A stretch of DNA of 64,000 nucleotides from Lingula anatina (Eukaryota; Animalia; Brachiopoda), in contig CM120645.1 of the NCBI GenBank assembly GCA_051362555.1, positions 1,550,001 to 1,614,000 on the forward strand. The letters are read 5' to 3'. The position numbers and the translations under genes were made by a program. A model generated the notes under the pieces. That model was not told where the DNA came from and did not search any database. It worked only from the letters and a program-made list of their open reading frames with translations. This document shows positions 41,737 to 54,400 of the stretch, in pieces. Positions within the stretch are counted from its first letter, which is position 1. The number at the start of each line of letters is the position of its first letter.

Positions 41737-43578
41737 ATCTGGTAATGCTGATCAAGGACTCCAATGTAAGCTGAAATAGCAAAGTGATAAAACACATAAA
41801 ACAGAACTACCGGTACATGTACACTCTACTGTATGTCTGCTTTCAATGATGAATGGTTCAGCGAAAATTAAGCATTTGTGGAATGTAATATCAGTTAGTA
41901 ATTGAAAGCTCAATTTACTAATGGTTATTCATGATGTCACGTACGCAGCAACTCAATTTAATATAGCAGTCTTCCTGTCCAAGCTTATCTAAAATTTCAT
42001 TTCGCCGTTTTTGGAACCCAGAATACATTTGATGAGTAACGGTGTGACACCCCATTTTCTAACCTACCTTTAACAAAACTGACCGCAAATAATCTGTAAA
42101 TTCCTTTATTATGATTCTGTTCACATCGTCGAACCAACGGGCCAACAGAAGCCAACTGAATATCAGTGCAAATACAGAATATCCACAAGGTGTAGTCAAA
42201 CCGAAACTCAACTAGTTATGTGTCACTACGCTAGACGTCAGCTCTTTCCAAGACAACCCCAGAATACCATGATATCTCATTTCACCTACAGGGTCAGGTG
42301 CAGCGCAGGCGTTACTAGGGGGGCGTTACATGCCTCATCTTCGAAAGACTTTTTAAATTACTTTTATGATTTATCGTTCCAATTATTATTTTTTAATGTG
42401 CTGGATCATTAAATGAAATGAAGCCTTTCTTCAAAAGAAAACTGTTTTGGTGGTATTTTAAATTTTTGCTTGCATAGGTAAATTGTTTAGAAGTCATTTT
42501 GAGGTCTTCCAATAATTTTCAGTAGGCTTAATTGCATGAACAAACACGGATCCTTCGCAATCTATTAATCTTTTTACTTATTTATTCCCATTTACCTTTT
42601 TAAGCACGCAAAACGAAAATTTACTAGCTTATGAGCATTTTTAAAGCCTATATTCATTGCCACCTGTTGCCTTGTAAAAATAACTCAAACAGTGAATAGC
42701 AAACTTAATCAGTTTTATTGAGCGCATGAACACCATATGGCTAAATATACAATCAAACCACAACCATTAAAAGTGCTGAGCAAACTTAGAGATTCCTTAA
42801 AAAATAAGGGAATAACGATAACAGTAAACAATATTGTAGGGGTGCTTAGTTGTAATATCAAAAACATCAAAGAAATAAAATTTACAATAAATAGTTAATT
42901 GCTTTTTCTCGAAAAACATTACTAAAAAGGAAGCGTTGTGTGAAAACGCCTGAAAATAAGGTAGAGGGTTAAAGAACGTTGATCTATATATTTAAGATGA
43001 TATAAGTCTAACGTCCGCTATGATACGAATGTAAAATAATTCCGCATACATGTACCACTGGTCCCTACCAAGATTTTCCGTAATAAATATATACAGATTT
43101 ATTCAATAAATAGAAGTTATCACTGGTGGGTTACATGTACTTGTTCAAAAGAGTGACAAAATTACTATTGGGTTTTCTTCATTTTCGTCTTTGCTGCAAA
43201 TGTAGCAAATAAGAAGCCAACTAATTAATAGTATGGGAAATAAACATATGAGCAAGAAATACTACTACCCTTGTCCTTGCTGGGACTAATTTATCACACG
43301 CACTCACACTTCACCGAAAACAAAATGAATGTCACAGGTGCACTTCACATGGTTCTAACCATTATATCTAAAACAATGCCATATCAATTTGAGGTTCGTT
43401 AAAAGTAATAATATCATTTAATACCATAAAGCACACCATTTCACCCTGAAATATAGGCTAATGTTACAACTTATTTTTTTAAATATATTTATCTCTATTC
43501 CATCTTTTGTAGTAACTATATGCCATGTAAAGTTAATAAAGACAATCGCCGCCGTCACCTTCCAGTTCTCCATTTCCT

Positions 43579-46500
43579 TTATATCCATACCAAATTGTCA
43601 GAAGGAAACTCTGGAATAAATTAAAGTTAAAGAAATTACTGTTATGTGGCATGGGAGTGAACATATTGCACTTTCTTTCTTGTGCTTCACTTAGGGATAA
43701 GAATTCTAATTTACTTCACGCAGCCGATTGAGTTTCAAGAAGAGTTATCCCATGGAGCAACATACAGCAATAAACTCAGAGGCAATAGAGACACTAAGAA
43801 AGAAGGATATAAAAAGAAATTCGTGCAAAAAAAGTCACTGTTATAGCAAAACAAAATAATCTTATAAAAGCAAAAGGAGCAATGAGAGGCAAATTATATA
43901 AATATATATCGTACGCCTATGTGATACGAAGACAAGGTTTAAAAGAAAAAATAATTCAGAACGCTTCTTTTCATCTCTCCGATAAAATTGAGTACATACT
44001 GATACAAACAATAACATAATAAAGGTATTTCTGAATTATATGACTGAAAATGGGCAGATCTTTACCTTCGTATGCACGTTTATATTCGGTATTTAACATT
44101 TTCTGGAACACTCCCGAGGTGTCAACACGCTTCAGCTCCTCTTGGTACTTCTGTGCCAAAACTCTCATTGCATGGGTGGACTTTGGAAACTTTTTGGCCA
44201 GACGACACAGATAATACAGCCCTGCAGAGAAGACAAGATCATTCATATTTGAGGCTTTTCAAATTTTTCCTTGTGCTATTTCTAATGATTTGCATCCATT
44301 ATCTATTTATCGACAGCATCAGGTGTGAATAATTAGAAAGGTTACTAGCTCGTAGCTTATAAATGAATTTGAAGGATGGTCGGAGACAGAGGAGAGGCCG
44401 GTTCATTGTGATTACAGTCCAGACTAACCTAACTGATGACTGATGTTGGAATCCGCCAGATGTCGCCTCTTTATCTCAACCGCTCTTTCCAAGAGCCTCC
44501 AGACATGCAATAGCAAGTACGGGTCATGGCGGATGTTATCTTGGAGTATGAAGTTTCTTGCTATCGTCGTCTCGCCTGGACGAAGAACAAAATGGGTAAG
44601 TAAATAAATGAATGAATAAGTAAATTAATAAATAAATGAATAATGCTGATTAAAATACCCGTCTGGCATCCATAAAAGAAAAGTACCGGTATATATATTT
44701 TCTTGTTTATATTTTCTTTTAGATCAAGAATCATTTTAACCAGCCAAATTGATGAAGGTAATTGGTGTTTAATTAAATCAACCTTTTCACCACTCTCACC
44801 TTAAGTTTTATGTTATGGATTGCCTTAAAAACTACATTTTATATAAAATAAATGACCATTTGTTATACTAAACTACACTACGTATACACTGCACTACAAT
44901 ACAGGAATATTTCATTAAAACACAACCCCATACCTGCTGCTCTGCTTACTGACCACGTGGCGTTCCAATGTGGTATACCGCCCTGGTATTTCTTCCACAG
45001 TTCCTGGGCTTTAGATAAATACTCTTGAGCTATGTCATACCTACCGAGGTCTTGGTAAAACTGACCTATATTATGGTGCGCTGAAATAGACGTAAACCGG
45101 TCAAGTCAACATGAATTTTAAAGGCCATCGTTCCATTTCTCTTAATAACCATAAATTGGACAGTCCAGAATACCAAAGTAAAGTGCAGAGACACAAAGAG
45201 AACAAAATCACCGGGCAAGGACAGGAAAATACAAAACGGCACACGAGGAGATTAATTGTTTGGTACCTAGGTGCACCAAAACTTCATTTTCCATTCTTCT
45301 TTCTGGAGACGCGTCCTGTAACATATCCAGTTTTCTGTTCAGAGCCTCGTGCAAAAGATATTCTATGTACTCCCTCTTTTTGAAAGGCATGGTGTTGACG
45401 TTTTGGTACTGCAGAACTCGAGCAAGAATTTGGTATCCTGCAAGACACAAGTGTATATACATACTATAGTTTAAACACAACTTTGTTGATCGTTATTTAA
45501 ATTGTCTTAAAAATAACTAATGGCTACTCGAAGATTTATTAGAGTTGCATACTACATTTGGGCGAGGGGAATGTCCTCATTGTAAAAAGACAAATAGCAA
45601 ATACATACATGTATGCATCATGTTCCTCAATATACAAGTTTGTAACATACCTGTCGCCATCTGGCGCCTACGTGGACAGAAATTTGGGATTAATCCCAAG
45701 GCGTTTTTCCCCAGCCTCTCTGCCTCCAAGAGATTACCAAGCTCAAAATGAAGTTTCCCAAGTTGACCCAAAAGATCGATGTATCGACATCTCGCGGAGA
45801 TGTTCTCAACTGAATTGACTTCGGCTAGTATTACAACAGCCTGTAGAATGGGCACTGCTGCCTCGTATTCATTGTGGCGTCGGAGATACATGGCGGCGCT
45901 GGATAAAGCTGGTATAGGATCATCAAGGACAGAGTTATCAAAACTTGGGCTGGTCAACATTTTGGTCAGTTCTCTAGCGATGGAGAAAGCATACAGTGCA
46001 AGGGTGTCGTACTCCAAACACCTGCTTTCTTTCCGGCAGGTGTAGTGATCATGTAGAAAAGTCGTATTGTAATCGGGAAATAAGGTGTTTAGTATGGCGA
46101 TGGCATTGTTTATACCTGTTACCCAACGGGTCATGTTCTGTCTAATATTGTTAACATGAAGACGTATTAGAATGCTGTGGACAATCCAAACCTTTTCATC
46201 GTTTTCAGAGGCAGGTTCAATAATATACAAGTTTATCAGTTTCTTCAAAAGACCGTCCAGTTTTCTCTGGATGTGTGTTTCTGAAGGATCGTTTGCATAA
46301 CCGATAAAAAAGCGACGAAGATGCGGTGATCTTAATTCAAAAGCAGTCTTGATAAGAAAGTTCTCTCTGAACTTTTGCGACAGCAAGCACACAAGATCTA
46401 TTAGTTCAAGAAGTTATATATCTCATTATAACTTCTTGATTAGTTCCAGTTGAGCTTTGTTTAATGTCTCTAAGCTTGACGACAACGGATACTCTATTCG

Positions 46501-47088
46501 GTCGTTTACGTCATAATTGCTGTCCGCCGGATCAGTGAACGCCCAGCTGGGATCCCCTTCCCTCCATTGTTTCAGGAACTCGTAGGCAGACCTGTTCGTA
46601 GACCACAAGTTGGCGGCAACCAGTGAGATGGACAAAGTGTGACCGGCTAAAAATTTTTGGCCTAACAGAGTGTCCAGGGCACATTGTTCTTTCTCGGGCA
46701 TGCTTTTCAACTTGAAGAATGCCTCCGTTTCATTGACGATCCCATATCGTATTTTGACAAAAAGAAGAGGCGACCACAATGAACTTGCTAGTTCGCCGAG
46801 CTCTATTTGAGAGTCAACCTCAAGTTGAGGATACCATATCTTGTGTCGCGAAGTTATTAGGACGTGAGAGCCACGCGGAAACGGTGTCTTAGTCTCCCCA
46901 AACAAGTCCGTCAGGATTTGTTTTTCATCGGCGCCATCAAAAATGATCAACACATTGTCAACAGAGGAAAAATGTTCCATAAGTTTTGGTACAATCATGT
47001 CCAGTAAATATGGCTTGTCGTCCTGATCCTCCTTGTTCTCTTCTGACTCAGACAAAAGTCCTAGTCTTTTTAACCCAATATCGTATGC
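43579..47088 (-). pseudogene. NB-ARC/TPR paralog B; lacks visible P-loop and N-terminal exons and has in-frame stops from a 39-bp insertion
   Basis: Exon-by-exon paralog of 51423-56139 (VLIIFDGAD, SHVLITSR, HNIGQFYQDLGRYDIAQEYL, final EFPSDNLVWI*). The large exon is split into ORFs 46426..47055 and 45577..46392 by the insertion at 46400-46445. Confidence 0.8.
46407..46438. mobile_element. 32-bp transposon remnant (P-element-type excision footprint) with 7-bp TSD
   Basis: ATTAGTT + CAAGAAGTTATA-tatctcat-TATAACTTCTTG + ATTAGTT. Paralog A has a single ATTAGTT at the matching site (~55490). Confidence 0.85.
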
Positions 47089-47410
47089 CTGTAATACACA
47101 GAATGATGTTTTTCATATACATCTGTCACTTTTCTAGGTCAAAGGTAATAGTGTACATTGGGGCAAAATGAAGTACATGTATTTTCTCATACATGCCCAA
47201 TTCGAAATAGCTTGTTCTTGTATGATAAACAGGACCGAAGACTGCAGGTGGGTGGAACAAAAGGTTAGTGCCCCCCCCCCCCCCCAAAAAAAAAAAAACA
47301 TTATTTAAACAGAAGATTTTTTTAAGTGGAGAGGGGTCTCAATGCCGCAAATGAGCCACGCACACAACGGCAGTCTTACTTTTTCAAATTCAGATGGAGA
47401 TAAACGTTCT

Positions 47411-47722
47411 GGCCCAGTTTTATAAAGGACGTTTAGCACTAACCAGTGAATAAGCCTAACCAGTGGATAAATTCTCCTAAACCCCGATAACTAAACGACG
47501 GATGAAATTGTGTTTCTAAACAGTGATTAAACAGTCCGTTAGTAAACTGACATTTAAATAATTTTATCCAGTTAAACACTGGCCAGTTGACTAATTGGCT
47601 GTTTGAACACTGTATGTGAAACACAATTTAACCATCTTTCAGTTAATGGGTGTTAGGAGAATTTATCCACTGGTTAGGCTTATCCGCTGGTTAGTGCTAA
47701 ACGTCCTTTATAAAACTGGGCC
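47411..47722. mobile_element. Palindromic MITE (Harbinger-like GGCC ends)
   Basis: Long TIR GGCCCAGTTTTATAAAGGACGTTTAGCACTAACCAG / CTGGTTAGTGCTAAACGTCCTTTATAAAACTGGGCC; the TSD is degenerate. Confidence 0.8.
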
Positions 47723-49975
47723 CATAATCGATGGTATCCATGGCTGCTTATTTCTTCTCTTTTGAAATTCATTCCCCCATGTACACGGTTGGCCTGCTCG
47801 AGGGCAATAAAAATCAACACAACAATTGGCGGGGAGATAACGTATATTCTAACCTTGGTGATTTTTTAAGATTTAAAATGTAATGTAAGCAAAGGAAAAC
47901 CTACCCTGGACCCTGAAAATACTACCCTGGACATCAGATCCGATGCATGCTAACTTCTACGGGTAACCTGCCGCAGAGTGTGAAAATAAACTAAAATTAG
48001 GCCAACCAAGGACACATCCACAAAACTGAGAAGCTTTATTTCACGGTCTGGGTGAGCTACAGTATGTACCTCTCATGATTCAAAATGTGGCAAGATTCTC
48101 TTTGTATTATTTTTCAATTTTTTCTATTTAAATAAATGAATAAATAGGGTATTTGTTACACCGATAGCGCTTGTGGTAGATTCTGCGATGAAACCTACAC
48201 GATTAACTCGCACGCGACAGCAGCTGTTGGTATTGCATTGTCAAGTAGCAGTTATGAAACATCAGGATAAAATACAGCTCTTGTTTTATCTGCATACAAA
48301 ATCAAATTATGCCCGATTTCCAGGAAAAACCGCCAAACCTGTTAACTCTTTGAGTGTACCCCCCCCCCCTCCCCCCACAGTCACGTTCAGAAATGCGTAA
48401 AACAAAACTTGGAAGCGATTAAATGTTATCAGATATCTGCTTCTGTAATGCAAGTTGTTGTGGTTAGCATGAGCTAGAAACCAATGAGACGGCTTACCTT
48501 TTTGAATATTCCACCTTCTTCAGTCTTCAGGTGGGGTTAACCGTTCTCTGATCTATTTCGGTCGTTGATAGAAAGCCCCTTGAAATGTTGACGACCATGA
48601 GTCTTTCCCTAACTGTGAAATTAGGGCAAGTGAGAGCACTGTTGCACTGTATTGATTTGGTTATGATGATTACCTGGATCTAGGTCAGGTGTATTATATC
48701 ACGCCAATAAATCTACCTGTCAAAACTTCTTTTTTTGTTACAATAATATATTAGTCTACAAATAGTTTGGTACCTCGTTCGAATGTTTTCTATTTAGCGT
48801 ATTACAATGTTTTTTTTTTTTTTTTTTTTTTTTTTTGTAAATTCCCCTTTACACTGAACGGCGTCCTTTCTGCGTCCCGTAGTACAGCCCCGTTCTAGAG
48901 TAAAAAAAACTTTACCTGCAGTAAAAAATTAATACTTTGCGTGCCGACAACTGGCCGATCATTGAGCATTTATTCTGCAACCAAAGCGATGCTTGTACCT
49001 CCTTTTTATTACCACAGCGATGCCAGTTTCATGGTCGCACAAAGGACGCAGGGACGACGAAGGAATTTTTACAATAATTACGGGTGTTTTATTAAAAGCA
49101 TCAGAAGAGTGAGACACTTCCACCAACATCAGACAGTATTAAAAATATAGGACATATCGAGAGCATTTATGGAAGAGAAAGAAGTCTCACAGCAACGGGT
49201 AATGAAACAAAACCAGCCCCAAAATGACTTCAAGCATCAATCACTTGTAAATGGATAGATCTAGTTTGAAAGATAGTTTTATCGGGAATCGGACCTAAAA
49301 TATGTTACCATTTCTTTCGTTATCCGGGGCATTTATCACAAGGTCGTGATTGTTGCACCATTCGACGAATTATTCATTAAAACGCCTAAACATGGCGTTA
49401 CCACCACTTAACCCTATTAATGTTGAATCATCGACAAACTTTATAATACAGGTAATTTTATGGTAAGTTAAAGGAACATTAATTGTTCATTATGACAAAA
49501 AATGAGGGTAAACGACAATTTTCCCATACTTAATTAATTTAGTCAATCCATAGTGAATATTTATCTGTTATCCAAAATAATGTAAATATGGAGTTTTTGG
49601 CGAAGGGTAACAATGTCCTTAACTTATTTTGATAAAATGTTAATTGCTTACATAAACATCGTATCGTTGAGCAAAAATAGACAAAATCAAGGGTCAAGGG
49701 AAAACATCATTGAGTGCACTTTATACATTGTTTCTTATAAAATCAGACTCAGTAAAATTAGCTGCTGGTGATCAACATAAGTTGATGGATTGTCTATAGG
49801 GGCCTACGGAATACATGGAATATATAGAAAATATGTGGTGCCACATGATATTTCTTGTTTCATTTATGTCTTATGACAACAAGATAGTTTCTCTACCGAG
49901 CAATTCTGACTTTGTTTTAACATTTATTTAACAATACCTTATCTCCTTGTAATCTTGGGTAATTATGGCATTTAA

Positions 49976-50311
49976 AGGGATAATAAGTCTTCGTATGAAA
50001 TCTGTATTTCACAATAAAAACATTGTGAGTGACTCATAAAAATATAATATATTCTGTTTTCCCACAAAAATGGCTGTTATAGCTATTATTCTGATATCAT
50101 AGCTTGTCTTTAGACCACGTGACCTCCATTGATGGCTATACTCTGTTAAAATCTCTTAAGAGATTTAACAAAAAACCAAACTTTTTAGAAAAAAAACAGG
50201 GACTAACTTTGAATGTAAAAATGGATTCATTAACCATTGGTAAGTATGGGAAAATTGTTGTTTACTCCAGGAAAATTCATTTTTTGGCCGAAACGAAGAG
50301 TTATTATCACT
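49976..50311. mobile_element. Non-autonomous TTAA-type (Kolobok-like) DNA transposon
   Basis: TTAA|AGGGATAATAAGTCTTCG ... CGAAGAGTTATTATCACT|TTAA. Homologous to 1326-1492; both give the spurious peptide MDSLTIGKYGKIVVYS. Confidence 0.75.
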
Positions 50312-51422
50312 TTAACCAATGACGACCAAGATAAAAAACAGAAATCATGCCACTGCGAGTAAATAAACAATTAATGCTAAAGCTACCCTGGTACCCGTAT
50401 GGTCTGGCGTAGGGAGATTCGATTGCATTTCATATAATTGAAATTCAATATACAATGCTTATAAACAGTATAATGGTAAAAAATTACTACAGTCTACATA
50501 TCCTCTTAAAGCCACACATCACTAATTTATATAAAAAAAAAACATTTACGTAGCCAAATGTTCACAAGCACAACAGAGCTGTTTTTTCCTCAAAAGTAAA
50601 TAAGATAAGTACATATGTCTGAAAATTGTAATTTATAAATGACGAAAACTAATAACATTCAAAGTAACAAAACTGGGGGGATAAAATCACCCCCACCACC
50701 CCCGCCCCAAACTATATAACTGCCATAATATAAAATAAATAAAGTAGGTTAATAAGTGCAAACAAGATTAATTAAGAAAAATATGAAAAAAACACAAGAG
50801 CTATTGGAGCAAAAGGTTGGCTCAAATGAAAAATAAAGGCCACAAAGTTACAAAACTGGGGATATAATAATACATCCACCAAACTACATAAAAATAATAA
50901 AGTAAGTTAATAAGTGCTACCAAGATTAAAAAGAAAAATATGAGAAACCACAAAGCTATCGGAGCAAAAAGTTGGTTCAAATGAAAAAAAAAAAGGCCAT
51001 AAGATGTGAGAGAAGCTCACATCCCCGCCAATTATTGACATTACACTAGCCCAAAGGAATTATTTCTAAAAAAAAAACACCCACCACCGATTTATATAGA
51101 AAAATATATACATGTGGCAAAAAGGCAAGTATTGACATTACACTAGCCCAAAAGGAATTATTACTAAAAGGTGCGCCATGGGCGTTCATACAAAAGTACA
51201 AAATGTCGTTGACAATAAAGGTCGTTAACAATTAATTATTCAAACAAATAAGATAGGTAGCTTGGTAGGAAATGTATACGCAGTGATTATTATTGTGCGT
51301 ATTTTAAGCGCCTATCTGATTCACTTTGATTTGTGACAGGCGTTCTTGATGTCGAGGAAGATACAGTTTAGTGAAATGACTTGATTTATTTGGGCTGTCT
51401 GCCAGCACCGCTCCAACTATCC

Positions 51423-54400
51423 TCACATCCACACCAGATCGTCTGACGGGAACTCTGGAATATATGGACATGCAATATCATAATAAGCTTTATGTTTTTA
51501 TGCATGTGCCGTATACTTAGGCCTTTTTCACGCTATGTGGAAGACTTTTAATTGGCCGACAGTTTGAAGCGACCTTGTTAATTAAAAAGAGAAAACTCCC
51601 GTGGCATAATTACATGTTAGAGCAAGTCAAATGTCGCAAAACAATAAAGGGGTACCCGGAGTAACGACCTGTGGGTCTGTGTAACAAAAAGACCGAACTC
51701 CGTTTAGTTACATGTATAAGGGTTAGTCTGACAAAATCTAGGGCGAGGCTTACCTGTACAATTGAATGGGAAGCGGACTCTGTATTATATGAACTCTCTC
51801 TGTCAGTCCACGACATGATGTGAAAATGACCTTATTTAAATCTGTAGTAACATGAAATATGCCAGCTAATTGTGTATTGTAAGTATTAATATGTTTATGT
51901 ATAATCCTACATTGAAATTTGTACCTTGTAAAAAACAAAAATATCTGGCTTAGTAAACAATTTACCTTCGTGTAACTGAGTAAATTCGGTATTTAACATT
52001 TTCTGGAACACGCCTGAGGTGTCAACACGCTTCAGCTCTTCTTGGTACTTGAGTGCCGAAACTCTCATAGTGTGCGTGCGAGTTGGAAACTTTTTGGCCA
52101 TCCTACACAGGTAATATAAACCTATAATGAAAAAAAAACATAATAACAACACGCATTTTACATACCGATTATCAGATAAGAAGGCGATTTGAGAAGAAAG
52201 ATCCTTAATGGGTACATACTCAACTAATTCAACCCACTGACCAATTGTAATTTTCACTCCTTTGTTATATATATATATGGGCAGAAAGAGCCACGCCGGT
52301 TTGACTTTATCTCTTTGTTAAGGCAGTATATTATATATTCAAGAGTTCACATACTCCTGCTAAAATTGATGAACAATTTTAGAAATTATAGATATATCTA
52401 GCTGCAGCATTGACCAATAAGGGCTTTTTGAAGTTATGAAAGTGAGCAAAATTCCTTGAGTAATGCAAAATAGTTGGTTAGAGCTGTCTATCCTGCATAA
52501 CAGAACTGATCAGAATGGCAGGCCGCGTGTACACTTAAAGCCCAGTCACAGGTGCTTGACGTGGCAAGTAAATATTGTTTTGCACATATATGTAGGATGG
52601 CAATGTCTTACCCTCTACCAGGGGGACTGATAGATTTTTTACGGATATTCACAGAGAGGTCTCTAGAAAGATAGATGGTCATTTTGGTTCTAAGTCACCC
52701 TGTTGAGAAATCTCTCTTTTCTGTCCGCTGACTTAATTAGAACCAAAATGACCATCTATCTATCTAGAGACATATCTGTGAATATCTGTAAAAAATCTAT
52801 CAGTCGCCCTGGTATTGGGTAGCAATCTCTCATCTTAAAGCCCAAGAGAGAGCTTAGTGAATGCTATGGATGTTCACGGTGTTTTGGGTGCAAACAAAAG
52901 GATATGCTATTTGCGTCGGATTTAAGTTGGATATGGTATATAATGTATATAGGTACCACCATCGAGAATGAATGTGGGACCTTTTTCAAATTGATTTTCG
53001 TCTAATTTTCTTAACAGCTCTAAGCCTCTGTCTCAAAAGCATAAGTGTACGTTAGACATTTGTATAAAAACAGACGAAAAATTAGAACCTACCAAGTTGG
53101 TGGCTGGTGTTGGAATCTGCCAGATGGCGTCCTTTGACTTCAACTGCTCTTTCCAAGATTCTCCAAACAAAGCCTTGCAAATACGGGTTCAGCCAGATTT
53201 TGTCCTGGAGGAGGTAATTTCTAGCTCTGGTCGTTTCAGCTGGTTTGAAATTAAAATAATTCATTTCATTTGGTTTGCTGTCAAATTGTAATGACTACTG
53301 TATGATATTAAAAAAGCTATTTCAGAGTTATATAACAAATGCGGTTATGGTCAATGTACGAGTTATTTAGAGGAAAAGTGAACATTTGGACTGATCCGCA
53401 CCATTGTCACCATAGCAACGGAGCATTACCTGCAGCTATGCTAATCAGCCACGTGGCCCTCCAGTGGGCTGTGCCGTTCTCATATGGCTTCCATATTTCC
53501 TTCGCAAGTAATAAGTAGTCCAAGGCAAGGTCGTACCTTTCGAGGTCCTGATAGAACTGCCCCATATTGTGACATGCTGAAATAAACGCACAGATGGATA
53601 TTTTTCAAATTGTTTAGTTAACTGTCTGGAGTGTCGAATATCATTTTTATTCAACCATTCATGGGGAAATTTTGATTAATTAGTTCTTTGGAATATAAAT
53701 CATATTATGTTTATCAATATGTTTATGTTTATCATATCATGTTTATCAATAGAAAATCTTTAATTATGATGAAATGTAAAATGATCTATTTTGTCTTTAA
53801 AATGCCAACTTTCTTTTTAATTGGTTGTCGCTAAAATCATGAATCAAGAGCAGAAACATTATTCTAACTACCGAAAATATCCGAGGATTTTAAATTCATC
53901 TCAATATTTAACAAAATAAATAATGTAGCAAATATAACTACCTAGATACATGCGGAATTCAATGTCCATTCTGTAATCTGTCATCTCTGGAGAAACATCC
54001 TTTAAAATGTCCTGCTTTATGTTAAAAGTCTCGTGTAGAAGGTACTCTATGTACGCTTTCTTCTTGTACGGCATAGGACCGATATCTTGGTACTGCATAG
54101 CCCGAGAAAGTATTTGAAACCCTGATATACAAATTGAACTTGATCATTTCAATGTTAAAACAGTTAGGAATTGTGGGGTAGTTACTAAGCATATATATAG
54201 GACAACTACCCAGCAAACACGTCAACTTCGGATCACGTGACTAGCACGTTGCTACCACATTATAACGTCATAGCAACGTGCTAGCTACGTGGTCCGAACG
54301 TGACGCGTTTGCTTGGTAGCTGGCTCAATGTCAATTAAGCTCACCTTAGGGGAGACCGGGGCTAGTTGGACCCGGGGTATGTTGCCCCCCCCCCCCCCCC

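Noticed and set aside
48498-48612. Coding exon upstream of paralog B
   Set aside because: It has good acceptor and donor sites on the minus strand but stops in all three frames; at most a non-coding exon.
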